Source: Vezdaea acicularis
Taxonomy: Eukaryota
DNA: 64,000 nt
Assembly: GCA_026025075.1 (NCBI GenBank)
Contig: JAPEUI010000017.1
Span: 62,001-126,000 of the forward strand
Direction: 5' to 3'
Positions 1-13,105 of this stretch are shown here, piece by piece. A program made the position numbers and the translations under genes. Positions within the stretch are counted from its first letter, which is position 1; every line of letters begins with the position of its first letter. Under the pieces are notes generated by a model, which saw only the letters and a program-made list of their open reading frames with translations, did not search any database and was not told the origin of the DNA.

Positions 1-1
1 G

Positions 2-319
2 GTTGACTGCGACATTCCTCAGGTCCTGAGTGTTCGGGATCGTCAGAGCCGTTCGCAGCTGCAAATATCTTCCGTTCCTGGCGTCTTGTCGAAAAGAGAG
101 AAGATGCTTTTTCAACGCTGGGCTCTGCGATGGCCTCAATACACTAAAGTACCACTGATGGAGAACTTCACCATCACGGATGGTCTTGGTAGAGAGACTG
201 GGGGCGAGTATCCTCCTCCTGATGATCTTTTCTGGACCAAGGGAGATGAAGGATCAAATGATGGTCGGGGAGGCTTATGGATCGCTAATCCAGATGATCC
301 GGGTGGGATGTTATTCTGA
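2..319 (+). CDS. 3' end of a hypothetical protein (gene runs off the window start)
   Basis: The frame of ORF 86..319 is open back to base 2 and ends at TGA 317-319; no recognisable domain. Confidence 0.35.
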   Translation, partial: VDCDIPQVLSVRDRQSRSQLQISSVPGVLSKREKMLFQRWALRWPQYTKVPLMENFTITDGLGRETGGEYPPPDDLFWTKGDEGSNDGRGGLWIANPDDPGGMLF

Positions 320-975
320 CCATCTCTGGGGTAGAGTCCTCTAGTCCGTGTGCACATTCGCTCTATGATACACCCTGAGAGAACAATGCATTTTGTCGCC
401 GCTACAGATGTAGACGCAATATTTATATCTCACGGAGAGGAACGGGAAGATGCTCATGATTGCAAGCGTTCCTGGGAATGCCAAATCATGCGCTACACAG
501 ATGCGTAAGCTTATGCAGATTGCAATCTCATATAGAAAATAGAGTGACCATGTTGTGCCTTGTTAACTAACTGTAAGCAACGGATGTATTTCGTGGCTGA
601 TCTAGTGAAATCTGATGACCACAAGCATTTTAAATATTTCTAAGACTATAATCCTACCATGTATTACTTAGCACATAAAATACTCAGCTTTCATCGACGT
701 TCAACAAAGCGAGTTCCATTTAAAGTACTAGAGTATGACGCGTTAGGTTGATACAAATTGCCCACCATCACCCTCGATGTTCTCTCTGGGACGAGCCCTC
801 TTCTCTGAGCAAAGGGACTCGAAGCACATCACAGATATGATAGGATGGAAGGTACCAAGTATAGAATGATCATCTTTTGATCTCAAAAGCACATTATCTC
901 AGACAACGGCAACTCGAAGGGAGGTTGGATCATGATGGACTTGTACAAGGGGCAAATTATTGGAGCTTTGAGATA

Positions 976-2135
976 TCATCTTTGTGGATTTTGATATGCG
1001 ATATCTCTCTTTATGTATTCGCAGCTAGTCTTTAAGCCGTCTACCAGATCCACGACTGGTGCGTATCCAAGAATTTCAACGGCCTTGCTACAATCGTACC
1101 ATCTGTGAGCGCAAGCGTCCCCATCTCTCCCGGGGAGATGCTCGGTACGCCGCCCAATAGGGTATAAAGAGCATCTACCCCTGAAAGCGTCACCCACGCC
1201 AACATGGGAGGGACGTCGATACTCCACTCATCTGATGCGTATCCCAACTCCGCCCAGGCGCCCCTAATGAAGTCACGAAATCTGACAGGCTGCATATTTG
1301 TAATTGTGAAGACCTCCTCATGCGCTGATTTAGACGCAGGAAGTGACGGTTCAAGTAGGTTTTCTGCAGCGAGGATATGGCCAAGGGCAGCGTTGGTAAC
1401 GTGAGTAACGTCGTACATATTCTCGCCTTTACCAAGGAGGAAGTGCTTTACTAGAGGAGTGCGGAGCACCTGTTGAAAGACGGGGAGCATGCTCTCGTCG
1501 CCTGGGCCGAATAGTGCCATGGGTCTGATAACTGCTGTCTTCATGTCTGAGTTTGGATGCTTGCGGAGGACTTCTAGCTCCGCATAGGCCTTAAAAGTTC
1601 TTAGCACATGCTGCTCGCTCACTGGGACTAGTGGATAGAGGATGCTTGCCTTTGATTCGCTATAGAAGGTATCAAAACGCGTTGGAAACGGTAAGGACGC
1701 TTCCATACGGTTGACGTGATCATCCCAGCTATTCCCTTTAGTAGCTTCTACGCTACTCGTGTAGACAAAAGCCTTCACACGCGCTTCCCGTGCTGCTGCA
1801 ACAATATTACGAGTCCCCCGAACATTTATCTTTAGGAACGAGGGGAGGCTGTAAAGACCTGCCCTTCTTGCGGCAGCAGGAATCAGGCCAGCTGTGTGAA
1901 TGACCACAGAGGGCTTCACTTTGAGCAGAATCTCCTGCATTGAGGGTTCATCCGTGATATCTCCGTGGTGATAGACTACGGTATTGTCTATTGCTTTTGC
2001 CTGCGCTGTTGGTTCGCGCATGTCTACAACCGTGATTGCGCATTCAGGGTGTCTCTCTCGTAAGAGCTGTAGGACTGCCCGGCCGACGAAACCTAACCCG
2101 CCAGTTACGAGGACCGAACCGATCTTTGTAGTCAT
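976..2135 (-). CDS. 3-beta-hydroxysteroid dehydrogenase / C-3 sterol dehydrogenase-like extended SDR (ERG26-like), with an apparent 1-nt frameshift near the 3' end
   Basis: ATG at 2135 (MTTKIGSVLVTGGLGFVG, Rossmann TGxxGxxG); VIHTAG, NVRGT, FVYTSS and YSESKA (YxxSK) motifs after removing an in-frame GC-AG intron at 1590-1649; IRPMALFGPGD; the family-type C-terminus (DCSKAVEILGYAPVVDLVDGLK) lies in ORF 976..1227, a different frame. Confidence 0.8.
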
Positions 2136-2454
2136 TGCTGTAGAGCATGCCTCGAATTCAAGCTCTGGTGATCGAGGAGTTCGTAACAACAAGCGTCGTC
2201 GACGTATACGGCCGGCGGCCAACTGCAGTTCCGGAGGTTCTGCGCAAGATGCCGCTTTGGTCACCCTAATCTTGGCACTATAAACGTCCCAGACGTCATG
2301 ACTTACGATAGTTATGACTTCATTTCTTGAAGAGCTTATGATACGCTGCGGCTTCTGGTTGAGCAAATCTTGAACGATTGAAAACTAGTATCTCCCTCAA
2401 CTCGCAAAGATAGCTTCTCAGGCATTGAACCGTCTTTCCAAACTCACGCGCACC

Positions 2455-3365
2455 ATGTCGAGTACCGCTCAGCATGGTGGCGGCTCAGCCCCATGGAAGC
2501 CGCTTTTCCTTACGCACATCTCAAAGATGGAGTCTCCAGAGTTCACAATGGGCTCACTTGCAACAGCGCCGTCCGGCTCCTCGACACCTTACGTGCCCCG
2601 GGTCAGGACCCTTATTTACCGCGGCATGTTTGGGGAGCTACCAGAGAACAAACACAATACAGCTCCGAAGAATCCAAGAGTTTACGAAAGTGATATGCCT
2701 ACATTTACCACGGATGTGCGCATGAGTAAAGTTCCTGAGATATTTGGTAGTTCTGCAGGGCATGGGAAGGTGGAGCAAAGCCAAGGGAGCGGTGGAGGTG
2801 GGCCGATCGAGGCTGTCTGGTGGGACGGAGGGGTAAAAACGCAATGGCGGGTGCGAGGAGAAGCGTATGTCATCGGACCTGATATCGAGGGTCAGGGTGA
2901 AGAGAGCTCTGGAGCAAGGACAGTGAAGAGCGAGCTGGGAAAGCGACTGAGAATAGTTGGAGAGAACACCAAAGAATGGAGCTGGGCAAAAGAGTTGACA
3001 GCTCACTTCGGGAATCTAAGCCCTATGATGCGAGGTAAGCTGATTAGTCCAGCCAGTCCAATAGAGTGCGATTGAGACAGCTGATCTGCTTGGAAGGTTC
3101 ATTCAAAAATCCACCCCCTGGGACCCCCAAATCAAAGCTGCCCCAGAGTCCGGAAATCAAATTGGCCCAAAAGGTGGATAATAATGATGACGTGATAGCT
3201 AGAGAGAACTTTCGCGTGGTGGTCATCAAGCCTACTGAGGTTGAGCAGCTAGATCTGAGTGATCCAGTAGACGCGAAGAGATGGAAGTTCACTTTCGTAG
3301 GTGAAGGCAACGCGAGTGAGGATGAGAAGGCTGGCGAATGGATTAGGGAAGAGCTCTGGCCATGA
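2455..3365 (+). CDS. Pyridoxamine 5'-phosphate oxidase-like FMN-binding split-barrel protein
   Basis: ATG at 2455; PRVRTLIYRG, FTTDVRMSKV, EAVWW...QWRVRG and C-terminal W...ELWP motifs; intron 3035-3096 (GTAAGC...CTGAT...AAG) joins ORFs 2425..3075 and 3066..3365 in frame (MMRG|SFK). Confidence 0.8.
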
Positions 3366-5206
3366 CCGGCAGATCATGATCTTGAAAGCATTACTAGTGC
3401 AGCTAATGCAAGAATTTCTTTGCTCTGATGAAATATCCTTAACAAAAAAGGTTGAAGTTCACCTAGTGTTTTCGTTCATAACTAGATAGATCCTATAAGA
3501 TTCTTGAAACCTACCATGGTGTTGTAGCAATCGTCTCACGTCAAATCCTGGAAAAGCACTAGGGAGCAGTACGTTTGCGCCGCGATGGATCGCTTGCCTG
3601 CGCTTCCTTGGGGTTGCAGCAGGATCGAGCGGCGTGCGCGATAATATTTTGGTTTGTGCGAAGTCGCCGGTTTCCAGCAATCAGCAGCTGTTTTAAGACG
3701 GACCATATGCTGTAGGGACTCCCACTAATTTCAAATGTAAAGGATATGTTGGTCCGAGAAAGCACTGGTTCCGATTGGAAATACTCGATATATTGTTGGA
3801 GTCTTCCAGGTTTTGATTCAATGGGAGCTCACAGGGCGCTTTGGCTGGCTCAAGGATGATGCATTAAAGCAATGACGCACGTAGGTGGTCGGCGCCTGCA
3901 GGCGCAATCGCCAGACGACAAATAAGGACAGGTTATAGCAGAGTCCGATCCCCCATGCGAGCCTTGCCTAAGCCCTTGTTCCCTTGTATGCTGTACACTC
4001 GTCTGCGTAATTCCATGCTCGTACGTGCTGGAAGAAGGAATTAGCAGCATTGAGGCCCAACATTGGCCAATCGTTACCTGATTCGATGTAGAAAGGCGAG
4101 CTGGACTTTCCAGATAATTCTTACCATAGGGGGGGAATTGGGAAGTCCACCGTAGCACGCAATTAGATATCTAAGCATACAAAGATGTCTATTGGCAAAG
4201 CCAGGCCGATTCGAGATAGAGATGTGATAATTTCAGGAATCTGACTTGCCATTCAGAACTGCCCGTATTAATTGGAATAGGCTGAAGGAGGATGCATCTT
4301 CTCTCTAGAGCTAGGATTTGCCCCATTTCCCCGAGACAAGCTCTAAGAGGTGTCACGTTGCACAAGGACAGCTGCACGTCAGTTAGAAAGCGGATATTAA
4401 AAGTAACACTAGAATGGTGGAGTCCATTTTTCACCGCTACATTTATACGCTAGACTCTCGATGCGGTCGAAAAGCGCTCGTAAGTCAACCTTTCCTTTTG
4501 CCATCCCACTTCCTGATCTCTTCCGAAACCCGACAGTCTGGTAAGCCTCACGCACGTAGGCGCCCACTCTTCCCACCGCCAATTGCGGGGCGGCATCACG
4601 GCAATGGCTCGAGCAGCCAAGGGAAAAATAGGAATGGCCGGAATGTCCCTGGAGTATCTCTGATTCGAGAGATGGCTGTGTGGTAAATCATCTCAAGGTT
4701 ATGGCCATTCCCCGGTACTAGCGCTTGCCGCACCTCTCTTGAGACGGGAGAGCGGAAGTACCATTGTGACGGATTTCATCTCATTTGTGCAGACCCCTCT
4801 CCATCCGTCACTCGACTCTTATCTGCTTTTCTTTATATTCAGTTCGTTTGAATCCCATTTTATAGACTTCCGCAGTGTCGAGGAGTTTTCCAGGTCCTTA
4901 TTCCCTTTCCCGTCAACTGGGAACGGATCGATCAACGTGATGCGAACCCACCTGTGTTGTGACATCGTTACTTGTACGTCAGGTTGGGCCCAGGCAAGCA
5001 TCCCCACTTGCACGTGCAAGTAGCTGACATCAAAAGGTATCTAGACCCTGGCTCTCTTATCACTACAGGCGTCCTAATGATCAGACAATGCATGTGCTCT
5101 AGATGAGCTAACAGGACGAAGCGCTCAGCTAAATCAGCAAGCTACTCTTGCTTCGATCACTCACGAATCTTTCTTGCACAACTTTGTCAGCGCCATATTA
5201 TGCATT

Positions 5207-6238
5207 ATGGAAGCGCTCAACAGTGTCACTTTTCTGTCCGAAAACATACCTGCATGGCTGGTCGCGCTCGATGATTTACGGTCGAAGATATTTTCTCGAC
5301 AAGCGGAGCTTGCGCAACTCAATGACATCCACCAATTGAAGACCACGCGACCCAAGGGCTCAACGGAATCCCTCCGTCCCAAGGAAGACAATGATATAGC
5401 CATCAGCACCGAAGACCCAATGGCAGACCACCCGGCCGTGATGCCATTGGCTCCGCCGGGTACAATACCTAAGTCTCAGCCAACTGCGGATAATAGCAAC
5501 CCAGCAAATGCCCTGCAGACACAGCAAATGAGCCAGCAAGGACGGCGAAAGCGTAAACAAGGATCAATGCTATCGGAAGCTAGTGGCCCCTCTAAATACC
5601 GTACTCGGTCTATGATCATTGTTTACTATGACTCTCAGGTGCAAGAAGCGTTTGATAATTTATTCAAAAAGATAGCAATAGCGCGCAACAACATTAGAAA
5701 GGCCAAGATGGCAGCTAAGATGCAGACCATCTCTGCGTCGGTAGGCGCGTACGATCCCAGATCGCCCTTCACTGGGCTAGATGGGTCAATGGCACTGGGG
5801 AGGATGCCGTATAGGCGCATGTCGAGGACAAGGGCAAGCGACGAGAAAACAATTTATGACACGATTGACGCCGGACTGGAGCTCGCGCAAGGCCTGTGCG
5901 AGACAGGCGCGCACCAGTTCCTCAGGGATGGTGACTGCACCAGTGAGATCGAAAGCATCCGGAAGCGTCTGAATGAAGTTCATGCCGAGGCAGAAAAGGA
6001 GGCTGAGAAACTCCGGGAAGCAGAGAGGGTAAAAGTTGAGAAAAAGGAGGCCGCAGCGGACACAGCGGCTGAGGCTCCTGTCGCTCCAGAGGGGAAGGGA
6101 AAGCATAACGATACCAAGCAAGAAAAAACATCGTCAATGCCGGAGCCACCACGAGGGACGGGCATTATTGAAGTGGATTCGGACTCGGGCTCCGAGTACG
6201 AAATACCGCCAGCACTCAGTTGGCAGCGCAGCAGGTAG
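5207..6238 (+). CDS. Conserved fungal hypothetical protein (coiled-coil)
   Basis: Single-exon ORF from ATG 5207 (MEALNSV); the blocks YRTRSMIIVYYDSQVQEAF and LCETGAHQFLRDGDC resemble a Pezizomycotina-conserved family of unknown function, recognised from memory only. Confidence 0.7.
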   Translation: MEALNSVTFLSENIPAWLVALDDLRSKIFSRQAELAQLNDIHQLKTTRPKGSTESLRPKEDNDIAISTEDPMADHPAVMPLAPPGTIPKSQPTADNSNPANALQTQQMSQQGRRKRKQGSMLSEASGPSKYRTRSMIIVYYDSQVQEAFDNLFKKIAIARNNIRKAKMAAKMQTISASVGAYDPRSPFTGLDGSMALGRMPYRRMSRTRASDEKTIYDTIDAGLELAQGLCETGAHQFLRDGDCTSEIESIRKRLNEVHAEAEKEAEKLREAERVKVEKKEAAADTAAEAPVAPEGKGKHNDTKQEKTSSMPEPPRGTGIIEVDSDSGSEYEIPPALSWQRSR

Positions 6239-6714
6239 AAACCTGCACATTTCCCCGGGACGGGCGCAAATTTCTTTTGTATATGTCTAGCGTGGGTAGA
6301 AGCTGGGGTTTAAGAGCGCGGCTTGATTGACCGGCTAGGAGTTTCATGAGGAATTCATCTCACCCATGTACCTCCGTACACACACGCTGAGGAAGTGTTG
6401 ATATCCAACAAGGGGTTTCACGGGACTATTATTGGGGATTCGGCTTATCAGAAGTTTTCTGTGATCGGCGACGCAAGGATCTCGAGCCCGTCAACGACGT
6501 CTCGGAGCATTTAGCTCAGCAACGCCTTTCGTGAAGCTCAAGGCCTCCTTCGTGCTAAAGGCCCTTGTCTTCTCTAAAGAATTGTCTCCTTGTCGAGTGA
6601 GTGGGAATTTTTTTGGCTGCCACGGTGCCTTCCTAATTGAATGAAGCGCTGCCAGAAAGCTTCTAGCTTGCTCTGTTCTTCGAGCATCTTTGCACTGCCG
6701 TAATCCTATGATAT

Positions 6715-6835
6715 GAACCCCCTGTTATTATATGGACTCCCTCTCATTGCCTGAACACCCTCCCATTATCTGAACTGCCTCCCATTATCTGAACCCCCTC
6801 TCATTACCTAGACTCCCTCTCATTATCTGAACCTC
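6715..6835. repeat. Degenerate ~19-bp minisatellite, about 6 units
   Basis: Units of the form GAACyCCCTCyCATTATCT are repeated in tandem (e.g. gaacaccctcccattatct, gaactgcctcccattatct, gactccctctcattatct). Confidence 0.7.
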
Positions 6836-9800
6836 AGCTTAATATCTGTACTTCCTCTCTCTCTCGCGATTTGAACTTCATCTCATTACACCAGCAACAA
6901 TTGATCTTGCTATTCAGCCAGAGATCCAATTCTATAAGCTGGGCTGCCTGGAAAGCCATAGATATCCAGACCCTCAATTCTGTTCGAGAAAAAGAAGGCT
7001 TCTGGGTCGCTTTAAAGTCTTTGGGCTTAAGAGTTCAATGATGGTGGTCTCTCAAGATCTTCACGCTCAATGTCAGAAATCTCTCAGGAGTAGTACGATT
7101 CAGTGCAGAACTTCTCCCAGCCGTGATATCCAAGATCCGACCGACTGGCCATTATACGTGGGAGCTACGGGACCACTCCGCTTGAAGCTGTCATCGCTAA
7201 GTCAAATGTTGAAAGGTAGATGTAGTCCGGGCTCGTCGGAACAGACGCCTCTTGCAGATTCTTTGAGTATTATCATGATGGCCCGTCGCGTTCTGTGGTG
7301 TGGCGGCCGGGTTTAAGTTGGAACAACTGTGTTAAAGCATGTCTCGCTCTCCTAGCTTTCTATCAGCAGCAATGGAAGGCGCGTTAATCCAAGAGGGCGT
7401 GCGGCCACACTCTCTTCGCCCGTTGCGCCCGTCGTACGAGGATGAGTCTTCCGGTCATCCTCCCAATATACGAGCTTCACACTCTCACATAGGCTTGCTT
7501 CCACTACTCGAGTTCCCTTCCTTCATCTGAAGGTTATCTTTCGTTGTTTGAGCTGCCCTTGAAGGAGATACCGCTTTCGCGACCCCACTTCACGTTCAAT
7601 GCTTTCGTCAGTGCTGTGCTGACCGCTCTCGCCGCCGCGCTCCTTTTTGCGCTGTACCCGCTGTTCGGATCTGGTGCTCGCAATCGCGGTTCATGGAAGG
7701 GCGGCTGTGTTCGATGCTGATACGGCGGAGAGAGAGACCCACTACATAGGCGATACCCCTTCAGGAGAGAGGAGAGAGGAGAGATAGATCTCACACCGAG
7801 GTAAAGGTAAGGAAGAGATTAGTTGTCGTAATAGAATGGGAAATAAGGTGAAAGGTATCCTTCTGGGGACGTCACGGTTGCATGGAAAAATCGTGGTATA
7901 GGGGATATCCCGTTGCAGGAACAGCCCTCCAATGCATAGCACAGAGGCTTAATCGGGGGATATTTTTTTCCCTTCGCAATTGAATAGGTACATAATATGC
8001 ATCCACACATTTTTGTGCCGTCTATCACCAGCCTCGAAAACCACAAAGAGCTTAGGCAATGAAAGTTCTAGGTCTTCCGCTCGACGGGAACAACTCATGG
8101 GACAGGATGATGGCAGAGAAGCAAGATGATAGCAAGGCTGCAAGAGCTGAAAACATCTTGCGTTGCAGGCTGCACGGCAGGAATGATAGATCGAAACACC
8201 ATGATAAACTTATCACCAGACTCCGGAAGGAAGGCATTGAGCGCGATGGAAGAGCCTCCCGCCACCGAAGGGCGTGTTACGGCGGTGGATGGGCAACGAC
8301 TTTGGCCTCCCGTTACGCGTCCCGCGCAGCCGGTGAGGAAATGGGAAATATCGAACCTCCAGCTGAGGGCGCCCCGAAAAGGTATTCCGCGGCCAAGTCG
8401 TGGGAGCGGTCTCGCGGAAAGCGGGCTATTGGCGCGGTCGAAACCGACGTGGCTGCCGCTGTCTCGTCACGAGCGCGCCCCGTCCACCGCGCTTGTTCCT
8501 TCTCCGCTTGGCTTGGGCGCATCGATACTTGTCCCTTCTCCACGGCATCCGCGACGGCAAGTTGGGAAAGAGCGATGTTAATTGCCACCGCTGCGAGGCC
8601 GTTGCTCTTGTGTGCGGCGACTGCTCAATCCAGACGGCCATGAGCAAGATGCTGCATTTCAGCAAAACAGACTCGAGCGCGGTCTAGAACGATCCTTTCC
8701 ACCACGCGAGCTGAGGGCGAGTGGCCAGGGCTGAGGCGGTGCACGCGGCCCCCCATTGGCGGTGGCTGCGGCACCCAACCGAGAAGAAGCGAGTGGCCGA
8801 AATGGGAGGGCGCGATGGAGGAGCCGAGAGCAGCGACGTCTATTCTTGCAAACCAATGCAACATCGCGCCAATAGCAGGCCCGCTCTCCCCCTGTTGTTT
8901 GTGTCGCGACGACGTCCAGGGACCATCCTCGGACCTCACCCGCGGGGCGTCGACTTGCACCGGAGATGCACCCACGAGAAGGAGAAGTGGCTTCCCTGCC
9001 CCCTCGACCTCGTGGGGCTTGAGTCTCTTCAGATCTCGACAGGAGGCGATGCCCATGCACACCCCATGCCTCGACGTTCCTCATACTCTCTTCTCCCGAG
9101 CAACGTTGAATAGGTGTCGTCATTCTAGGTGTACAGCCGCAGTCGTGAAGTCAGTGCCGGCACGCGTTGACATGATGGGCGACGGAGAGGGATGACGCTG
9201 CGCGGTGGTGGACGACGCATTGAGACATGGCGAACGACGGACGCTGCACGCACGATCCATAAAAGGACGATCGTCCCTCGTTCGATAGTGGCTCGCGAGC
9301 ACCGGCGCGGAAGAAGCCATCGATCTCGTTGTTCCTCAGTAGGGGATCCCACTCGCGGCCAGCATCTCTATCTCTATCCGGCGGCCCTCGAAGCTCCCTT
9401 CCTCTCTCTCTCTCGTGCTCGCTCGCTCTCTCCCTCCTCGCTCTCGCCGTCGCTCGACGTCCCTTCCTCATCTCGGGTTCGCAGACCCATTCCTGCCCGT
9501 TGGCAGATCACCGACAGGGGCCTCCCACCCGTCGCGCTAGGCCCGAAACAGCGGCGCTGCAATTTCTGCGAGACTCGTTAATCTCGCTCAGTCGCCGTGC
9601 CAGCTCGTGGCATTCGTGCCATTCGCGCCAGTTCGAGCCATTTCGTGGCATTCCTGCGCCATTGGGCATTCGCTCGTGTGCGATCTCTGCAACGCCGCCG
9701 CCCCAATTCATCATCTGGACGCTCGGTCTCGACGCGGGCGTGCATCATAAGAGTCGGAGCGCACCTCGCCCTTGCTCCTCCTGCCGCACCAGCTGCCTTC

Positions 9801-10195
9801 CTTCCGTCTACATCTCGTCGATCGCGCGACCTCCTTCCCCCTCTGCGCGCCTCCAGCAGCAGCGGCCACCTTGTTTCGTGCAATCGTTGGCGGTCACGGT
9901 TGCTTCCTTCGATAGACCTCGGACGAACGTGGAAGGAACCCAACCAGGTGCCTCTCCCTCCCGCAAGCGTCAGAGGCCAAAAGGCAAGAGCTTCCTCGGC
10001 TACCACCCGTTTGTTGTCGCTAGCGCCGATCCTTGCGCCTGTCCCTTGGCCTTTTCCCACCCCAACTCCCTCGACTTTCCTGGACTTTCTGGACCTCATC
10101 TTGATCATTGCGCTCGCTCGACTCTCCTCGACCAAGTTATTCCTAAACGATTTGCATCGTTATCTTGAGAGTCTCTCTCCGACCGCTGAACGGTC

Positions 10196-13105
10196 ATGGC
10201 GTTCAACATGGGGGCTTCCCCGGTTGAGCTCGCGCCCAGAGCGGTACGTGAACCTTGCTTCCGGTCGCTCGTGACGTCGATGACCGAATGCACCTCAACA
10301 TCACTTCCTCAAGGCCTCACGGTCATTCTAGAGACCTTCAGCTAACCTGATGCCCTTCGATCTAGACCGATTCGAATATCGGCTCCGCGCAAAAACCTGT
10401 CACTCTCTCCAACTTCCTGTCGTCGCTGATTCCCGTCGCCCTCGTCGCTGGTATCTTTTTCCTCTTGTTCTTGTTCCTTCGCCGGACCCAGACGCGACAG
10501 TATGCACCGAGGACATTCGTCGGCTCCCTGCGCCCCGAGTAGGTTTCCCTTCTCACAACTCCATCTTGACGCAATGCTAACAAACTTGACAGTCAGAGGT
10601 CACCTAACCTTCCCAATGGCCTGTTCAATTGGTTTAAGGACTTCTTCGCCATTCCCGACAGCTTCGTATTGAATCACCATTCGCTTGACGGATTCCTAAT
10701 GCTACGCTTCCTCAAGATTATCACCGTTATCTGTCTCGTCGGCTGCTTCATTACCTGGCCTGTTCTCTTGCCCGTCAATGCCACCGGTGGGGGCACTGGA
10801 AAGCAATTCGACCTGTTGTCCTTCTCAAACGTCATCAAGGCAAACAAGAACCGATACTACGCCCACGCTCTTATATCATGTATCTTCTTCGCCTTCATCA
10901 TGTACATGATAACCCGGGAACACATTTACTTCATCAATCTCCGTCAAGCTTATCTAGGATCGCCCATGTACGCAAACCGGATTTCCTCACGAACCGTCCT
11001 TTTTGCGTCGGTCCCAGATGAGTTTCTCGATGAAGCAAGAATCCGTCGTCTTTTCGGACCCACGGTCAAAAATATGTGGATTGCGACGGATTGCAAAGAA
11101 TTGGAAGAGCTCGTCAAGGAACGCGAGAAGATTGCGATGAAGCTAGAAGGTGCCGAGACGAAACTCATCCTGCTTGCCAATAAGAATCACACAAAGTCGC
11201 AGAAGAAGGCTGGCGCTAGCCAGGATGCTGAGGCATCTGCGGTCAACCAAACGACCGATGCGGATGCTGAAGGTACCTCGGGCTCCGTCGCCTCTCGTTG
11301 GGTTCCCCAGAAGAAGCGCCCTACTCACCGATTGAAGTTCCTCATCGGTAAGAAGGTGGATACCATCGATTGGTGCCGATCTGAGCTCCAGACCCTCATC
11401 CCAAAGATTGAAGCCTTGCAAGCTACACACAAAGCTGGCGAGCCCAAGTACATCAATTCGGTCTTCGTGGAGTTCATCGATCAGGTGTCCGCACAAGCCG
11501 GGTATCAAGTCTTAACCCATCACCAAGCTCTTCACATGTCGCCTCGCTGGATCGGTGTCACGCCGGAAGAGGTCATCTGGTCAAACTTGAGAATCAAATG
11601 GTGGGAGCGTGTCGTTCGTGTCATTGCAACCATCTCGTTCGTTGTTGCGCTCGTCATATTCTGGTCCATCCCTGTGGCTTTCGTTGGCGCCCTGTCCAAT
11701 CTGCCGGCTCTAGAGGAGAAGTTACCTTTTTTGAAATTCATCAATAAAGCTCCATCGGCTATCCTTGGTCTCATTACTGGTCTACTGCCATCTATCTTGC
11801 TGGCAGTACTAATGGCCTTGCTGCCAATCATCCTTCGACTGATGGCTAAGCTGGGAGGAGCACCTTCTCTATCGCGAGTAGAACTTACCGTTCAAAATTC
11901 GTACTTTTTCTTCCAAGTCATTCAGGTCTTCCTCGTTACGACTCTTAGCTCGGCGGCGGCTGCATCGGTATCGCAGATTATCAAATCGCCCGCTTCAACC
12001 CCAAGTCTTCTCTCGCAAGATCTGCCCAAGGCTTCCAACTTTTATATCGCATATTTCGTCCTTCAAGGTCTAACCTTGAGTTCTGGAGCTTTACTGCAGA
12101 TTGTTGGACTTATCGTCAGCAAGATTCTCGGCAAACTCCTCGACTCTACCCCAAGAAAGATGTACAAACGCTGGACCAATCTTGCAGGTCTTGGTTGGGG
12201 CACCGTCTTACCCATCTATACTAACATGGCCGTCATCGGTAAGTCCTTGCCCTCGACCACAACCGCCTGTTATCTTGCACAAAAGCTGATTTTCTCCTCC
12301 AGCTGTTACCTACTCGTGCATTGCTCCATTGGTCCTCGGTTTTGCCACAGTTGGGCTTTACCTTCTTTACCTCGCCAACCGATACAACCTTCTCTTCGTC
12401 AATAACGCGAATATTGACACCCGTGGACTCATCTATCCTCGTGCTCTTCAGCAAATGACGGTCGGAGTCTACCTGGCTCAGATCTGTCTGATTGGTCTGT
12501 TCGGTATCAACGCTGCTGCCGGCCCCTTGGTTATCCAAGTCATCTTCCTCATCTTCTGTATTCTGTACCATGTCTCACTCAACTCAGCCTTTAACCCCCT
12601 CATGAAATTCCTCCCTCGGACCCTTGATATTGAGGAGGAAGAGAGTAGGCTCCTCATGGAAGGCGGCCATCCTGGTGCAGCTACATCTGCGGGTGCAAAC
12701 GGCGATAAGAGTACCAACGAAAAGGAAGTCGTCAACGAGACTCCAGTACCAGCAACTTCTCGAACTGCTGCTCCTCACGCGAAGCCGAACTTCTTCCTGA
12801 AGTGGCTACGGGCGGACAAATATACTGACTACCGCACTCTTCGCCGCATGGTCCCAGCAGATTACCCAGAGATCGTCTACGATCCGGAGGCTGAACGTCA
12901 TGCCTACTACAACCCTGCCATCAGCACTGCGACGCCCCTCCTCTGGATTCCCCGCGATCCGCTGGGCGTCAGCCGACAGGAAGTCCTACACACCAGCAAA
13001 GCGATCCCCATCTCCGACGAAGGCGCGGTTGTCGACGCGAAGAATAAGATCGTATGGGACCGGGACGTCGAGCCGCCGATCTACGAGCCTCATCAGTCTT
13101 TCTGA
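10196..13105 (+). CDS. OSCA/TMEM63 (CSC1/PHM7, DUF221) calcium-permeable stress-gated channel
   Basis: Exons 10196-10243, 10366-10538, 10593-12238 and 12303-13105 with canonical GT-AG introns in consistent phase; motifs QYAPRTF, SLDGFLMLRFL, SRTVLF, KKVDTIDW, PEEVIWSNL, LPKASNFYIAY and YPRALQQ; multiple TM helices. Confidence 0.93.

Noticed and set aside
2136..2366. N-terminal extension of ORF 1041..2366
   Set aside because: It starts at a non-ATG codon and spans the shared divergent promoter; the Rossmann motif begins right after ATG 2135.
6715..6835. Short repeats as a CRISPR-like array
   Set aside because: The units are adjacent with no unique spacers, the context is eukaryotic, and there are no cas genes.
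8052..10293. Many overlapping 60-280 aa ORFs on both strands
   Set aside because: Arg/Ala/Pro/Ser-rich translations without domains, as expected from stop-poor GC-rich DNA.
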